NCBI GenBank assembly: GCA_037189525.1
Contig: JBBCJC010000005.1
Location: 1-64,000 of the forward strand
From: Gemmatimonadales bacterium
Lineage (GTDB): Bacteria; Gemmatimonadota; Gemmatimonadetes; Gemmatimonadales; GWC2-71-9
DNA: 64,000 nucleotides
Direction of reading: 5' to 3'
Shown here in pieces: positions 40,679 through 50,542 of this stretch. Both the position numbers and the translations under genes were made by a program. Position 1 is the stretch's first letter. Each line of letters opens with the position of its first letter. The notes under the pieces were generated by a model, which did no database searches, was not told where the DNA came from, and saw only the letters and a program-made list of their open reading frames with translations.

Positions 40679-43561
40679 TCAGTTCTCCGCGCCGGCGTTC
40701 GCGGCGAGGGTCCGCTTCACTTCCTCGATCCGGAACGCCTCGATCCGGTCGCCCACCTTGAGGTCGTTGAAGTTTTCGATGCCGATACCGCACTCGAACC
40801 CTTCTTTGACTTCGCGGACGTCTTCCTTGAACCGCTTCAAGCTGCCGAACGTGCCGGTGTAGATCACGGCGCCGTCGCGCACCACTCGCGCCTTGGCCGT
40901 CCGGGCAATCACGCCCGTCCGGACTGCGCAGCCGGCGATGGTTCCGACGCGCGAGACCTTGAAGGTCTCGAGCACTTCGGCCTCGCCCATCACGATTTCC
41001 TTCTCTTCCGGCTTGAGCAGGCCTTCGAGCGCCTTGCGAACGTCTTCGACCGCCTCGTAGATGATCCGGTAGGTCCGGATATCGACGTGCTCACGCTCCG
41101 CCGCGGCCCGCGCATTGGCGTCGGGACGGACGTGGAAGCCGATGATGATGGCGCCGGAGCTGCTGGCCAGCAGCACGTCGCTCTCGGTAATGGCGCCGAC
41201 GCCGCGGTGCACCACCTCGACCCGTACCTCGGCGTTGGAGAGATGCGAAATCGCGTCGGCCAGTGCTTCGGCCGGACCGCCCTGGTCGGCTTTGATGATG
41301 ATCGGCAGCTGGGTAACCCGGCCGGCCTGCAGCTGACGACTGATGTCCTCGAGCGACCCGCCCCGCTGGCTGCGCCGATTCTGCGCTTCGCGCTCGAGCC
41401 GCTGCCGCTTCTGGGCAATGTCACGCGCCTCGACAGCATCGGCGATGCTGATGAAGCTGTCACCCGCCGCCGGCACGCCTTCGAAGCCGAGCACCCGGAC
41501 CGGAATCGACGGACCCGCCTCTTTCACGGCCTTGCCGCGCTCGTCCGTCATGGCACGAACCCGGCCGGAGAACTTGCCGCAAATGAAGTTATCGCCGACG
41601 CGAAGGGTACCGCGCTGCACCAGGATGGTGGCCAGCGGGCCCTTGCCCGGATCGAGCGTCGCTTCGAGCACCGTGCCCGAGGCTTCCGTATCCGGATTGG
41701 CCTTCAAGTCGAGGATCTCGGCCTGCAGGAGGATCTGCTCCAGCAGGTGATCGATCCCGGTGCCCTTCTTGGCCGAAATCTCGGCCGAGAGCACGTTGCC
41801 GCCGAACTCTTCGAGCACGACCTGATGCTGCAACAGGTCCTGCTTGACCTTGGGAATATTGGCCGCCGGCAAGTCCACCTTGTTGATCGCGACGATGATC
41901 GGCACGCCAGCGTTCTTGGCGTGACTGATCGCTTCGATCGTCTGCGGCATGACCTGGTCGTCGGCCGCAATCACCAGGACCACGATATCGGTAACCTGCG
42001 CACCGCGGGCACGCATGGCCGTGAAGGCCTGGTGACCCGGCGTGTCGAGGAAGGTGATTTCCCGGCCCGCCGGCAGCGACACATGGTAGGCGCCGATATG
42101 CTGCGTGATACCGCCGGCCTCGCCGGCGACCACGTTGGCTTTGCGCAGGTAGTCGAGCAACGAGGTCTTACCATGGTCGACGTGACCCATGATCGTAACC
42201 ACCGGCGAGCGCGGCTGGAGCAACTCGGGGGACTCTTCCGGGGTGTCGCTCCCCAGTTCCGCCGCGTACTCCTCTTCCCGCATTGCCTCGAACCCGAACT
42301 CCGACGCGATCAGTTCGATCTGATCGAAGTCGAGCCGCTGGTTCACGGTGACCATCATGCCCATCTCTTTGAAGGCAAACTGGACGATCTGCGTCGCCGG
42401 TACCTTCATCAGTTCGGCCAGTTCGGCCACCGAGATGAACTCGTTGACCCGAATCCGGGTCTTTTCCCGCTCGCGCTCCTCGGCGCTCCTGCTGGCCAGC
42501 ATGTCACGGTAGCTGGGCTCGTCGGAGCGGCGCTTGCGCGGACCACCCTTCATGCCCTGCAGCGTCTTCAGGATGTTGGCTTGCACCTGATCCTGATCGA
42601 CGTAGCTCTTCCGCCCCCGCTTGGCCTTCTTCCGGCCACCCCCCGCCGCACGGGACGGCGCATCGGGACCAAAGTTCCGCGCCGGCGCCCCGGGCGCTCC
42701 ACCCGGAGCCGGACGACCCGGAGGGCCGCCGGGACGCTGCCCGCCCCGCGGCGGGCCACCCGGTCGCTGCGGACCGCCGGGACGGTTGAACGGTGCGCCA
42801 CCCGGACGGCCGGGACCACCCGGTCGCTGGCCGCCGAAATTGCCCCGTTCACCCGGCGCGCCACCCCGATTGGGCGCCCCGGACGTGCTGCTGAACACCG
42901 GACGCGGCCCGGCCGGACCCCGCTGGACTCGCGGCGGCACGAAGGTCCGGCGCGCGGGCGGTCCCCCTTCGCCACCCGAGGTGACCGAAGGCGGCAACAC
43001 CGTGCGCGGCGGAATCGGCGGGAGCGGCGGAGGCGGGGGGGCCACGACCCGGGGCGGCGATTCCTCGACCGGCTCCGGCTCGGCTTCCGGTTCGGGCGGA
43101 GCCGGCGGCAGATCCTTGAACAACGCGCGCGCCCGCTCGTCGAGCGTCGGCATCGGCGCGGCGGGCTGCGGCTCGGGGCGTTCGAAGAGCACCGGCTTCT
43201 CGCGCTCGAACGTCGCCGACTCCGCGGCCACCTTCTCGGCCTCGGCCTGCGCAGCAGCCTCCGACTCGGCCACTTCGGCCGCTGTCCGGCGGCGCTTGGC
43301 GGTCGGGGCCGACGGCGGCGGGGCGGCCGGAGCGGCGCTGCTCGCCTTGGTCGTCCGGCGGCGCGTCTTCTTGGGCTCCTCGGTGGCGGCGTGCTTGCGC
43401 TTTTCCCGCTCCCAGCGGAGCCGGATGGCAGCTACCTGCGCATCGTCGAGGGGGTGCAACGGCCCCCGCACCACGACGTGCATGTCCTTGAGGACCGACA
43501 GCAACTGCTCCGTCGGGACTCCGAATTCCGTCGCGAGATCTTGGACTTTCGTCTTGACCAC
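40679..43561 (-). CDS. infB: Translation initiation factor IF-2
   Basis: [27 protein letters not shown] and ECGI; Pro/Gly-rich N-terminal linker. Confidence 0.98.
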   Translation of the reverse strand: MVKTKVQDLATEFGVPTEQLLSVLKDMHVVVRGPLHPLDDAQVAAIRLRWEREKRKHAATEEPKKTRRRTTKASSAAPAAPPPSAPTAKRRRTAAEVAESEAAAQAEAEKVAAESATFEREKPVLFERPEPQPAAPMPTLDERARALFKDLPPAPPEPEAEPEPVEESPPRVVAPPPPPLPPIPPRTVLPPSVTSGGEGGPPARRTFVPPRVQRGPAGPRPVFSSTSGAPNRGGAPGERGNFGGQRPGGPGRPGGAPFNRPGGPQRPGGPPRGGQRPGGPPGRPAPGGAPGAPARNFGPDAPSRAAGGGRKKAKRGRKSYVDQDQVQANILKTLQGMKGGPRKRRSDEPSYRDMLASRSAEEREREKTRIRVNEFISVAELAELMKVPATQIVQFAFKEMGMMVTVNQRLDFDQIELIASEFGFEAMREEEYAAELGSDTPEESPELLQPRSPVVTIMGHVDHGKTSLLDYLRKANVVAGEAGGITQHIGAYHVSLPAGREITFLDTPGHQAFTAMRARGAQVTDIVVLVIAADDQVMPQTIEAISHAKNAGVPIIVAINKVDLPAANIPKVKQDLLQHQVVLEEFGGNVLSAEISAKKGTGIDHLLEQILLQAEILDLKANPDTEASGTVLEATLDPGKGPLATILVQRGTLRVGDNFICGKFSGRVRAMTDERGKAVKEAGPSIPVRVLGFEGVPAAGDSFISIADAVEARDIAQKRQRLEREAQNRRSQRGGSLEDISRQLQAGRVTQLPIIIKADQGGPAEALADAISHLSNAEVRVEVVHRGVGAITESDVLLASSSGAIIIGFHVRPDANARAAAEREHVDIRTYRIIYEAVEDVRKALEGLLKPEEKEIVMGEAEVLETFKVSRVGTIAGCAVRTGVIARTAKARVVRDGAVIYTGTFGSLKRFKEDVREVKEGFECGIGIENFNDLKVGDRIEAFRIEEVKRTLAANAGAEN

Positions 43562-43879
43562 TCAGGCCTCCATCGCATCCTGCGCTCCGGCGAGACGGAT
43601 CAGTCCGTCTGCCAGCGCGGGATCACGTACACCCACCACCATCACCGGGGGCTTGCCCAGCTTGGCCCCCAACTCCTGCGCCGTCGGTCCGGGGATCTGT
43701 GGTACCCCCCGGGCGGTGGCCAGTCGCGACGCCTTTTCCAAGGCGCGCTGACTCGCATCGCTCGCTACGACGATGCACCGGCACTCGCCTTCCTGAAGCG
43801 CGCGCCGAACCGCTTCGACTCCGATCAACACGTGGCCTGCTCGGAGCCCGAGCCCCAGCAGGCCGATCAGTCCGGTCAT
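43562..43879 (-). CDS. L7Ae/YlxQ-family RNA-binding protein
   Basis: LLGLGLRAG, VVASDAS and ELGAKLGK; lies between nusA and infB. Confidence 0.88.
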   Translation of the reverse strand: MTGLIGLLGLGLRAGHVLIGVEAVRRALQEGECRCIVVASDASQRALEKASRLATARGVPQIPGPTAQELGAKLGKPPVMVVGVRDPALADGLIRLAGAQDAMEA

Positions 43880-45198
43880 TCGCTCTTGGCTGCGTCCTCG
43901 CCCGCGTCGTCGGCCGTCAGGTCCGCCAGGAACGCCAGCAGTTCTTCCGCCGCCGCCGGCGTCATCCCCTCGATCGACACGATGTCATCCCGCTCGAGAT
44001 CGAGAATGTCGTTGAGCGTGCGATAGCCGGTCTTGTCCAGCGTGCCCAGCACTTCCGGCGAGAGCCCCTTGAGCTCCGCCAGCTGCACCTGCGCCACCCG
44101 ATCGTCCGGCAACGGCGCCAGGGCAAACAAGGGCCCTTCACCGCCGCGCTCCATCCACTCGCGACTCGAATAGAGATCGATCTTCCACCCGGTCAGTTCG
44201 GACGCCAGGCGAACGTTCTGCCCGTTCTTGCCGATGGCGAGCGACAACTGATCCTCGTCGACCACGGCCTGGATCGTCTTGGTCTCCGGATCCGAGAAGA
44301 CCTTGGCCACCCGCGCCGGCGCCAGCGAAAGCCGCGCAAACCGCTCGGGGTCCGGCGACCACGGCACGATGTCGATCCGCTCGCCCGAGAGCTCGTTGAC
44401 CACCGCCTGCACGCGCGACCCCTTGAGGCCGACGCAGGCGCCGACCGGATCGATCGCGTCGTCGCGGGAGATCACCGCTACCTTGGTGCGGCTGCCGACT
44501 TCACGGGCAATCGCCCGGATCTCGACGATCTGCTGCGCGATTTCCGGGACTTCGAGCCGGAAGAGCGCCGCGACAAATGACGGATCGGCGCGCGAAAGCA
44601 CCAACCGGGGACCCTTGGGCGTTTCCTCCAGCCGCTTGAGCACGGCGCGGATGGTGTCGCCCTGATGGAAGTGCTCCCGGTGATTCTGCTCGCGATACGG
44701 GATGATGGCCTCGGCCTCTTTGAACTTGGCCAGCATCAGCACGATCTTGCCCCGCTCGACCTGCTGCACTTCGCCCGACAGCAATTCGCCGACCTTGTCG
44801 CCGAACTCATCGCGAATCTTGCTGCGCTCACCTTCCCGAACCCGCTGGATGATCCGCTGCTTGGCTGCCTGCACCGCCAGACGACCGAAGTCGCTGAACG
44901 GCACATCTTCTTCGAGCACGTCGCCGACCTGGAAGTCCTCGTCCTCGTATCGCGCCTCTTCGATCGAGACCTGCGAACTCGGATCATCGACTTCCTCGAC
45001 CACGGTGCGCAGCCGGGCAACCCGGATCACGCCCTGCAACTCGTCGACGTTCATCTCGAACTTGACGTTCGGGCCGTATTTGCGAACCAGCGCTGCGTGA
45101 ATGCCGTCGCGAAGCAGATCGAGCAGATCGGCTCGATCCAGTTGCTTCGCATTGGTCAGCTCGCGAAACGCTGCCAGCATCTCGGTGGAACCCGCCAT
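43876..45198 (-). CDS. nusA: Transcription termination/antitermination factor NusA
   Basis: FGRLAVQAAKQ, LEVPEI, DPVGACVG, ERIDI and AIGKNGQNVRLASELTGW. Confidence 0.97.
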   Translation of the reverse strand: MAGSTEMLAAFRELTNAKQLDRADLLDLLRDGIHAALVRKYGPNVKFEMNVDELQGVIRVARLRTVVEEVDDPSSQVSIEEARYEDEDFQVGDVLEEDVPFSDFGRLAVQAAKQRIIQRVREGERSKIRDEFGDKVGELLSGEVQQVERGKIVLMLAKFKEAEAIIPYREQNHREHFHQGDTIRAVLKRLEETPKGPRLVLSRADPSFVAALFRLEVPEIAQQIVEIRAIAREVGSRTKVAVISRDDAIDPVGACVGLKGSRVQAVVNELSGERIDIVPWSPDPERFARLSLAPARVAKVFSDPETKTIQAVVDEDQLSLAIGKNGQNVRLASELTGWKIDLYSSREWMERGGEGPLFALAPLPDDRVAQVQLAELKGLSPEVLGTLDKTGYRTLNDILDLERDDIVSIEGMTPAAAEELLAFLADLTADDAGEDAAKSE

Positions 45199-45352
45199 CG
45201 ACATCCCCCCACTTCGGAGGCCCACGGTTTGAGCACGAATCTCCGACGAGACTCGCGACGCTACGGTACCAGAATCGTTTCGAGGACGACCGCGGATGGG
45301 CACCTGCAACGCGCATCCCCTCTGGCGAGGGGACGGACCAAAGCTGGTTCCG

Positions 45353-45382
45353 AAAACAAAAATGTGGGGGAGCACCCCACAT
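45353..45382 (-). terminator. rimP-leader-type attenuator hairpin upstream of nusA
   Basis: Minus strand ATGTGGGG-TGCTC-CCCCACAT-TTTTGTTTT just after the promoter; GTGGG...CCCAC+T-tract is typical of rimP-nusA-infB leaders. Confidence 0.75.
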
Positions 45383-45405
45383 CACCCTCCCCGCGCCAGA
45401 CACAG

Positions 45406-45434
45406 AATTTAGCCTGGCATGGCCCTACCGTCAA
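45406..45434 (-). promoter_or_regulatory. sigma70 promoter of the nusA-infB operon
   Basis: TTGACG (45429-45434), 17 nt, TAAATT (45406-45411). Confidence 0.75.
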
Positions 45435-45565
45435 TCGAGGGCAGTTGCCCTATGGCCTTGTCTGACAGGCCGTTACGTGAACCTCCGGCGACACTGGCCG
45501 GTCCAGAAACCGTTGCTGCCCCTTGGATGCCGCCCCCGCAAGTGGCCAGGACGACCGAAAACCGG

Positions 45566-46336
45566 TCACGTCCGCAGGAGCCCCAGCATTCCGATCATCC
45601 GCCCGTCCCGTCCTCCCGACCGTCGGTGGCTCATGAACCGGGCCGCATCATGCCCAGAACAGAGGGACGACACCGAGAGGTCGGTGACCCCGAGCGCCCG
45701 GGCCTGGTCGGCGATCACGCCCCGGAGATCGAGCCCGGCCGGCCCGCCCGTGGCCGAGGGGCGGCCGCACGCAGATGCCACATCGGGACCGACCTCGTAG
45801 CAGGCCTCGCAGATCCCCACCCCGATATGGACCGCGAGGTCGGCGGCGCGGGATCCCGCCCGCTGCTCCAGGAGTTCGACCCCGGACCGCAGGATCTCGC
45901 CAGCCGTTCCGCGCCACCCCGAATGGAGCAGCGCCACCGCCCGCCGCACCGGGTCGACCAGGTAGACCGGGACGCAGTCCGCCAGCGAAACCGTGAGGAG
46001 CAGGCCCGGCGCGCGAGTGGCATGCCCGTCCGCGCCCTGAAAGACGGTCCAGCCCGACCGAGGCTCCTCGTGCCAGAGCACCGTCACCCCGTGAACCTGC
46101 CGGGCGACGACGACGCCAGTCAGTCCCGGCGCCACACCCTGGATCCGCTGCCAGCGCTCGAGGACAGCCCCGACCGGCGCCGATCCGGCCAACCCCAGGT
46201 CGAACGGAGCCGCCGGGTCGCCCCGTTCCGTAATGCCCGCAACGACACCGAAGCGCTCGAGCCAGCCGGGCACCAGCGCCCACGGCACTGGCGCTGACTC
46301 CACCGTCTGCTCGGCCAGCGTTACCGGCTCAGTCAT
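45566..46336 (-). CDS. pgeF: PgeF/YfiH family (peptidoglycan editing factor, laccase-like domain)
   Basis: QVHG, ADG, ADCVPV, HSGWRG, CYEVG and FMSHRR...GRM. Confidence 0.9.
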   Translation of the reverse strand: MTEPVTLAEQTVESAPVPWALVPGWLERFGVVAGITERGDPAAPFDLGLAGSAPVGAVLERWQRIQGVAPGLTGVVVARQVHGVTVLWHEEPRSGWTVFQGADGHATRAPGLLLTVSLADCVPVYLVDPVRRAVALLHSGWRGTAGEILRSGVELLEQRAGSRAADLAVHIGVGICEACYEVGPDVASACGRPSATGGPAGLDLRGVIADQARALGVTDLSVSSLCSGHDAARFMSHRRSGGRDGRMIGMLGLLRT

Positions 46337-47612
46337 CGAATCGCTGGATCTCGGCTCCCAAGGCCCGCAGGCGTTCGTCGATCCGTTCGTATCCGCGCTC
46401 GATCTGTCCCACGTTGTGGATCACGCTCTGGCCTTCCGCAGCCAGCGCCGCCAGCAGCATGGCCATACCGGCCCGGATGTCGGGCGACTCCACCACCCCG
46501 CCCCGGAGCGGCGACGGTCCCGAAATCACCGCGCGATGCGGGTCGCACAGCACGATCCGCGCGCCCATGCCGATCAGCTTATCGACGAAGTAGAGCCGCG
46601 ATTCGAACATCTTCTCGAAGACCAGCAGCATCCCGGCGCACTGGGTCGCCGCCACGATGGCAATCGACATCGTATCCGCAGGAAACGCGGGCCAGGGTCC
46701 ATCTTCGAGCTTGGGCACGTGGCCGCCCAGATCCGAGCGAATCCGCCGCTCCTGGTTGCGGTCGACGGTGAGCCGGTTCCCCTCCAGCCGAGGACGGATG
46801 CCGAGCCGGTCGAATCCGATCAGGGTGGCGCGGAGATCGTCGCCGCGGACGCCGTCGATGACCAGCTGTCCGTTGGTGACCGCCGCCAGTCCGATGAAGC
46901 TGCCGATCTCGATGTGATCCGGACCGATCTCATAGCTGGTCCCTTTGAGCGGCTTTCCGCCGTGAATCACATAAGTGTTGCTGCCGATTCCCTCGATCTC
47001 CGCCCCCATGGCCACCAGGATCCGGGCCAGGTCCTGCACGTGCGGCTCCGCGGCGGCATTGCGCAGCGTGGTGGTACCCTGCGCCATCACCGCGGCCATC
47101 AGCGCATTCTCGGTCGCCGTGACGCTCGGCTCGTCGAGGAAGATGTCGGCTCCGACCAGCCGCTTGGCCTCGATTTCGTACTTGTCACCCACCTCCACCG
47201 TGGCGCCCAAGGCTTCCAGGATCAGGAAGTGGGTGTCGACGCGACGGCGGCCGATCACGTCCCCCCCTGGAGGAGGCAGCGTGACCTGACCGAATCGCGC
47301 CAACAACGGCGCCGCGAGCAGGATCGAGGCGCGGATCCGGGCACAGAGCGCGGGGTCGAGTGGCTTGGAACTGACCCCGTGGGCATCGATCCGCACCACA
47401 TTGGGACCGGTCCACTCGGCCCGGGCGCCGAGATGTTCGAGCAGCGCGATCATCAGTTCGACGTCGCGGATACGGGGCACGTTACGGAGCTCGACCGGTT
47501 CGTCGGCGAGCAGGGTGGCTGCCAGGATGGGCAGCGCGGCGTTCTTGTTTCCGGCGGGGCGGACCGTTCCATTGAGCGGACGGCCACCTTGTACGACGAA
47601 TCGAGGAGGCAT
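46329..47612 (-). CDS. murA: UDP-N-acetylglucosamine 1-carboxyvinyltransferase (Asp variant)
   Basis: GNKNAALP, RASI, PGGDVIGRR, PSVTATEN, NAAAEP, FESR, DIRAG and IERGYE. Confidence 0.96.
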   Translation of the reverse strand: MPPRFVVQGGRPLNGTVRPAGNKNAALPILAATLLADEPVELRNVPRIRDVELMIALLEHLGARAEWTGPNVVRIDAHGVSSKPLDPALCARIRASILLAAPLLARFGQVTLPPPGGDVIGRRRVDTHFLILEALGATVEVGDKYEIEAKRLVGADIFLDEPSVTATENALMAAVMAQGTTTLRNAAAEPHVQDLARILVAMGAEIEGIGSNTYVIHGGKPLKGTSYEIGPDHIEIGSFIGLAAVTNGQLVIDGVRGDDLRATLIGFDRLGIRPRLEGNRLTVDRNQERRIRSDLGGHVPKLEDGPWPAFPADTMSIAIVAATQCAGMLLVFEKMFESRLYFVDKLIGMGARIVLCDPHRAVISGPSPLRGGVVESPDIRAGMAMLLAALAAEGQSVIHNVGQIERGYERIDERLRALGAEIQRFDD

Positions 47613-47692
47613 GGCCAACAACCTCGCCACCGGGCTAGCGGCCCGTCAAGGCGAGGACATTATCTTGTGAGGATGCGGACCATGAGGTGGAT

Positions 47693-48148
47693 ATGACGAC
47701 GGTACCCGGATGGGTCGGACCGACCATCGCCCTGTCGCTCGTGATCATCGCGATCGGCTTCATCTCGTTCATCGGCGCTCTGCTCTTCGCGGGCAAGAAG
47801 GCAGCCGATCAGGTGGAAAGCCTCGGCAAGGAAATCGGCGAGTTACGAAAAGAGTTGCACCCGACCATTACCGCGCTGAACGCCTGGGTCGGCTCGAGCG
47901 TCGAGGTGACCTCCGAGTTCAAGGACGAGGTGCGCGCGGTGCTCAAGTCCTCGCGCCGCCTCCGCAAGAGCGCCATGCGAGGCGCCTCCCGGGTCCGGGA
48001 TCGCCTGGAGGATCTGGACGCCCTCTACGAAGTCGTTTCCGCCGAGGTCGAGGAAACGGCGCTGACGGTCGCGTCCACGCTCCGCTCGGTTCGGAGCGGG
48101 ACGTCGGCACTCAGCCGGATCAAACGCTTCCTGGGACATCGCCGGTGA
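47693..48148 (+). CDS. Hypothetical single-TM coiled-coil protein (DUF948-like)
   Basis: RBS GAGGTGG; N-terminal TM then amphipathic helices; GTGA overlap with the next gene. Confidence 0.7.
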   Translation: MTTVPGWVGPTIALSLVIIAIGFISFIGALLFAGKKAADQVESLGKEIGELRKELHPTITALNAWVGSSVEVTSEFKDEVRAVLKSSRRLRKSAMRGASRVRDRLEDLDALYEVVSAEVEETALTVASTLRSVRSGTSALSRIKRFLGHRR

Positions 48149-49140
48149 GTCTTCGGCGCCTGCTGATTACGGGGGTCGTGCTCGGGTGTCTGGCGGCAGT
48201 CCTGCTGCCGGCCCCGGCCTACGCCTGGACCCATGGCACCCACGTTTTTCTGGGTGAAACGGTCCTGGCCAATCTGCACCTGCTGCCCTCCCATGTCGCA
48301 ACGCTGATTGCCGCGTTTCCGCACGATTTCCTCTACGGATCGATTGCGCCCGACACCTCGATTGCCAAACGCTATGTCCCGGCCGGCCGGCACTCGCACT
48401 ACTGGAATGTCGGCCAGGAAACGTTCGACCATGCCGAAACCGATGCGCTGCGGTCCTTCGGCCTGGGCTATTTGTCGCACCTGGCCGCGGACACGGTGGC
48501 CCACAACTACTTCATCCCGCGCCAGCTGCTCCTGACCAGCAGCACCCGGGCCATGGGGCACCAGTACTGGGAACTGCGGGTCGAAACCCACCTGACCGAC
48601 CGCTACGCGCGGCTGGCGCGCGACCTGATTCGGCGGGACCATTCGGGGTCGGACCTGCACCTCGAACGGATCATTTCGCCGACGCTGTTCAGTGTCAAAA
48701 CGAATCGGCGTATCTTTCGCAGTATCGTCCACCTGTCGGACACGAAGAGCTGGCAGCGCGCCATGCAGGCGGCGCGAGGGGTCAGCCGCTTTCTGCTCAC
48801 CGACGAGGATGTAGAACGCCACCTCGCCATGTCCTACGACGTGGTGATGCAGACCCTGGCCGCCATCAACGATCGAGGCGGAGTGGCGCGGGAATGGGAT
48901 CCGTCGGGCGAAGGCCCGCTGCGCCGCGCCAAACGGTGGCGGCGCGAAGCACTCTGGAAGGGCGGGCTCTGGGTCCCGGAGCATATGATCGAAGCCGCAG
49001 AAGAACGATTCGGGCTGCCGGAGCTGGATCTGGGCTTCTGGCAGGCGTCCAGAATCGAACGGCCCTGGATGCCGCTGATCGGCAAACCGGCCTTGTACGA
49101 CACACACACACCAGGAGCACTGATCGATGGGCAAGGGTGA
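48145..49140 (+). CDS. Zinc-dependent phospholipase C family protein
   Basis: Signal peptide then AW..GTH; FLYGSIAPD, GYLSHLAADTVAHNY and HQYWE. Confidence 0.85.
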   Translation: MSLRRLLITGVVLGCLAAVLLPAPAYAWTHGTHVFLGETVLANLHLLPSHVATLIAAFPHDFLYGSIAPDTSIAKRYVPAGRHSHYWNVGQETFDHAETDALRSFGLGYLSHLAADTVAHNYFIPRQLLLTSSTRAMGHQYWELRVETHLTDRYARLARDLIRRDHSGSDLHLERIISPTLFSVKTNRRIFRSIVHLSDTKSWQRAMQAARGVSRFLLTDEDVERHLAMSYDVVMQTLAAINDRGGVAREWDPSGEGPLRRAKRWRREALWKGGLWVPEHMIEAAEERFGLPELDLGFWQASRIERPWMPLIGKPALYDTHTPGALIDGQG

Positions 49141-49234
49141 CCGGCGCAGTCGCAAGGGCAAGATCTTTCGGGGAACGACAGGCAAGAAGCGTCCTCGCGG
49201 CACCAAAAAGGCTGCGGCCCCGAAGAAGAGCTGA
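49127..49234 (+). CDS. thx: 30S ribosomal protein bTHX (Thx), 35 aa
   Basis: MGKGDRRSRKGKIFRGTTGKKRPRGTKKAAAPKKS; RBS AGGAG at 49113-49117; followed by a terminator; below the ORF-track cutoff. Confidence 0.93.
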   Translation: MGKGDRRSRKGKIFRGTTGKKRPRGTKKAAAPKKS

Positions 49235-49236
49235 CC

Positions 49237-49278
49237 GATACGAGACGAGGGGCGAATCATCGCCCCTCGTTTCATATC
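49237..49278. terminator. Hairpin between convergent thx and the cysteine desulfurase-like gene
   Basis: GATACGAGACGAGGGGCGA-ATCA-TCGCCCCTCGTTTCATATC. Confidence 0.75.
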
Positions 49279-49300
49279 CCACCGTCAATTCCGTTCGGCT

Positions 49301-50542
49301 TCAGCGCCCGGCCGACTCCGCCAGCTCGGCAACTCCGGCGACCAGCCGGTCGATCTCGGACGCATCGGTGTAACAGGCAACACCCGCCCGCACGATCCCG
49401 TGCTCGGCCTGCCCCAATCCCTCGATTACGCTCGATGCGTAGAAATCGCCATGCGAGGTGAAGACCGCCGCTTGGGCCAGATGCCGGGTCACCTGCTGCG
49501 CCGGCACGCCATTCAGGGTAAAGCCGAGCGTCGGAGTGCGCGAACCGTTCGGCGCGACGCCGTAGCGACGGGTGCCGCGAATGTTACCGATCCCGGTCCA
49601 GAGCCGTTCGAACAACGCCACCCCGCGGCGGTGCAACTCCTCGAAGGCAGTCGCGAGCGCGGCCCGGCGGCTCGCCTGCCCCGGCGCCAGACCGGCCAGA
49701 TACTCGAGCGCCGCGTGCGCACCGACGATGGCCTCGTGGCTGAGCGTGCCGGTCTCGAGACGCTCCGGCGCCGTATCGGGCGCGGGCTCGAGTTTCGGGA
49801 CCGCAACCGATTCGAGCAGTTCCCGGCGGCCGAAGAGCGCCCCCAGGTGCGGTCCGTAGAACTTGTAGGGTGAGCAGACCAGGAAGTCGCAGCCCAGCGC
49901 TTTGACATCGGGCAGTTGGTGCGCAGCGCCATGGACCGCATCGATGTAGCTGAGCGCCCCTCGCTCGCGCGCCGCGCGGCACACGGTGGCGACGTCGTTG
50001 ACCGTCCCGATGGCGTTGGAGGCCAGCCCCATTGCTACCACGCGGGTCCGATCGTTGATCGTCGCCACCAGGCGATCGAGATCCAGCGTACCCGTGGCCG
50101 GATCGAACGGAACCCGCCGGAGTACCAGTCCCCGTTCCCGCGCAATCGCGGCCCACGGCGCCACGTTGCCGTGGTGGTCGAGGTCGGTGACGACGAGTTC
50201 GTCGCCCGACGCAAAACCGTTGGCCAACCCGCGGCTCAGGTGGAACGTCAGCGTGGTCATGTTCTGCCCGAAGACGACTTCGTCGCTCGCGCAGTGGAAG
50301 AAATCGGCGTAGGCCTCGCGGGCCGCCTGGATCATCGCGTCCGTTTCGTGGCTGGTCGGATAATCCCAGTGCGTGTTGGCATTGTGCCGGGACAGGTAAC
50401 CGACCATCGCGTCGATGACCGACTGCGGTACCTGCGTACCACCCGGGCCATCGAAATAGGCAATCGGCGTGCTCCGGTATTCCCGGCGAAGCGAGGGAAA
50501 ATCAGCCCGGATCGATTCGACCGACCGAACGCTGGTGCTCAT
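49301..50542 (-). CDS. Cysteine desulfurase-like class V aminotransferase
   Basis: YFDGPGGTQVP, FGQNMTTL, DHHGN, DAVH, CSPYKF and LETGT. Confidence 0.93.
   Translation of the reverse strand: MSTSVRSVESIRADFPSLRREYRSTPIAYFDGPGGTQVPQSVIDAMVGYLSRHNANTHWDYPTSHETDAMIQAAREAYADFFHCASDEVVFGQNMTTLTFHLSRGLANGFASGDELVVTDLDHHGNVAPWAAIARERGLVLRRVPFDPATGTLDLDRLVATINDRTRVVAMGLASNAIGTVNDVATVCRAARERGALSYIDAVHGAAHQLPDVKALGCDFLVCSPYKFYGPHLGALFGRRELLESVAVPKLEPAPDTAPERLETGTLSHEAIVGAHAALEYLAGLAPGQASRRAALATAFEELHRRGVALFERLWTGIGNIRGTRRYGVAPNGSRTPTLGFTLNGVPAQQVTRHLAQAAVFTSHGDFYASSVIEGLGQAEHGIVRAGVACYTDASEIDRLVAGVAELAESAGR

Noticed and set aside
42620..43330. Pro/Gly-rich repeats in infB as a repeat element
   Set aside because: Ordinary low-complexity IF-2 N-terminal linker.
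40655..44026. 1123-aa plus-strand ORF and similar long antisense ORFs (9715-11367, 33452-35011, 50674-52290, 54085-56130)
   Set aside because: Shadow ORFs opposite well-supported genes, expected from high-GC codon bias; no recognisable motifs.
49101..49110. (CA)5 tract as a phase-variable switch fusing the phospholipase to thx
   Set aside because: Too short, and an in-frame TGA at 49121-49123 would block the fusion.
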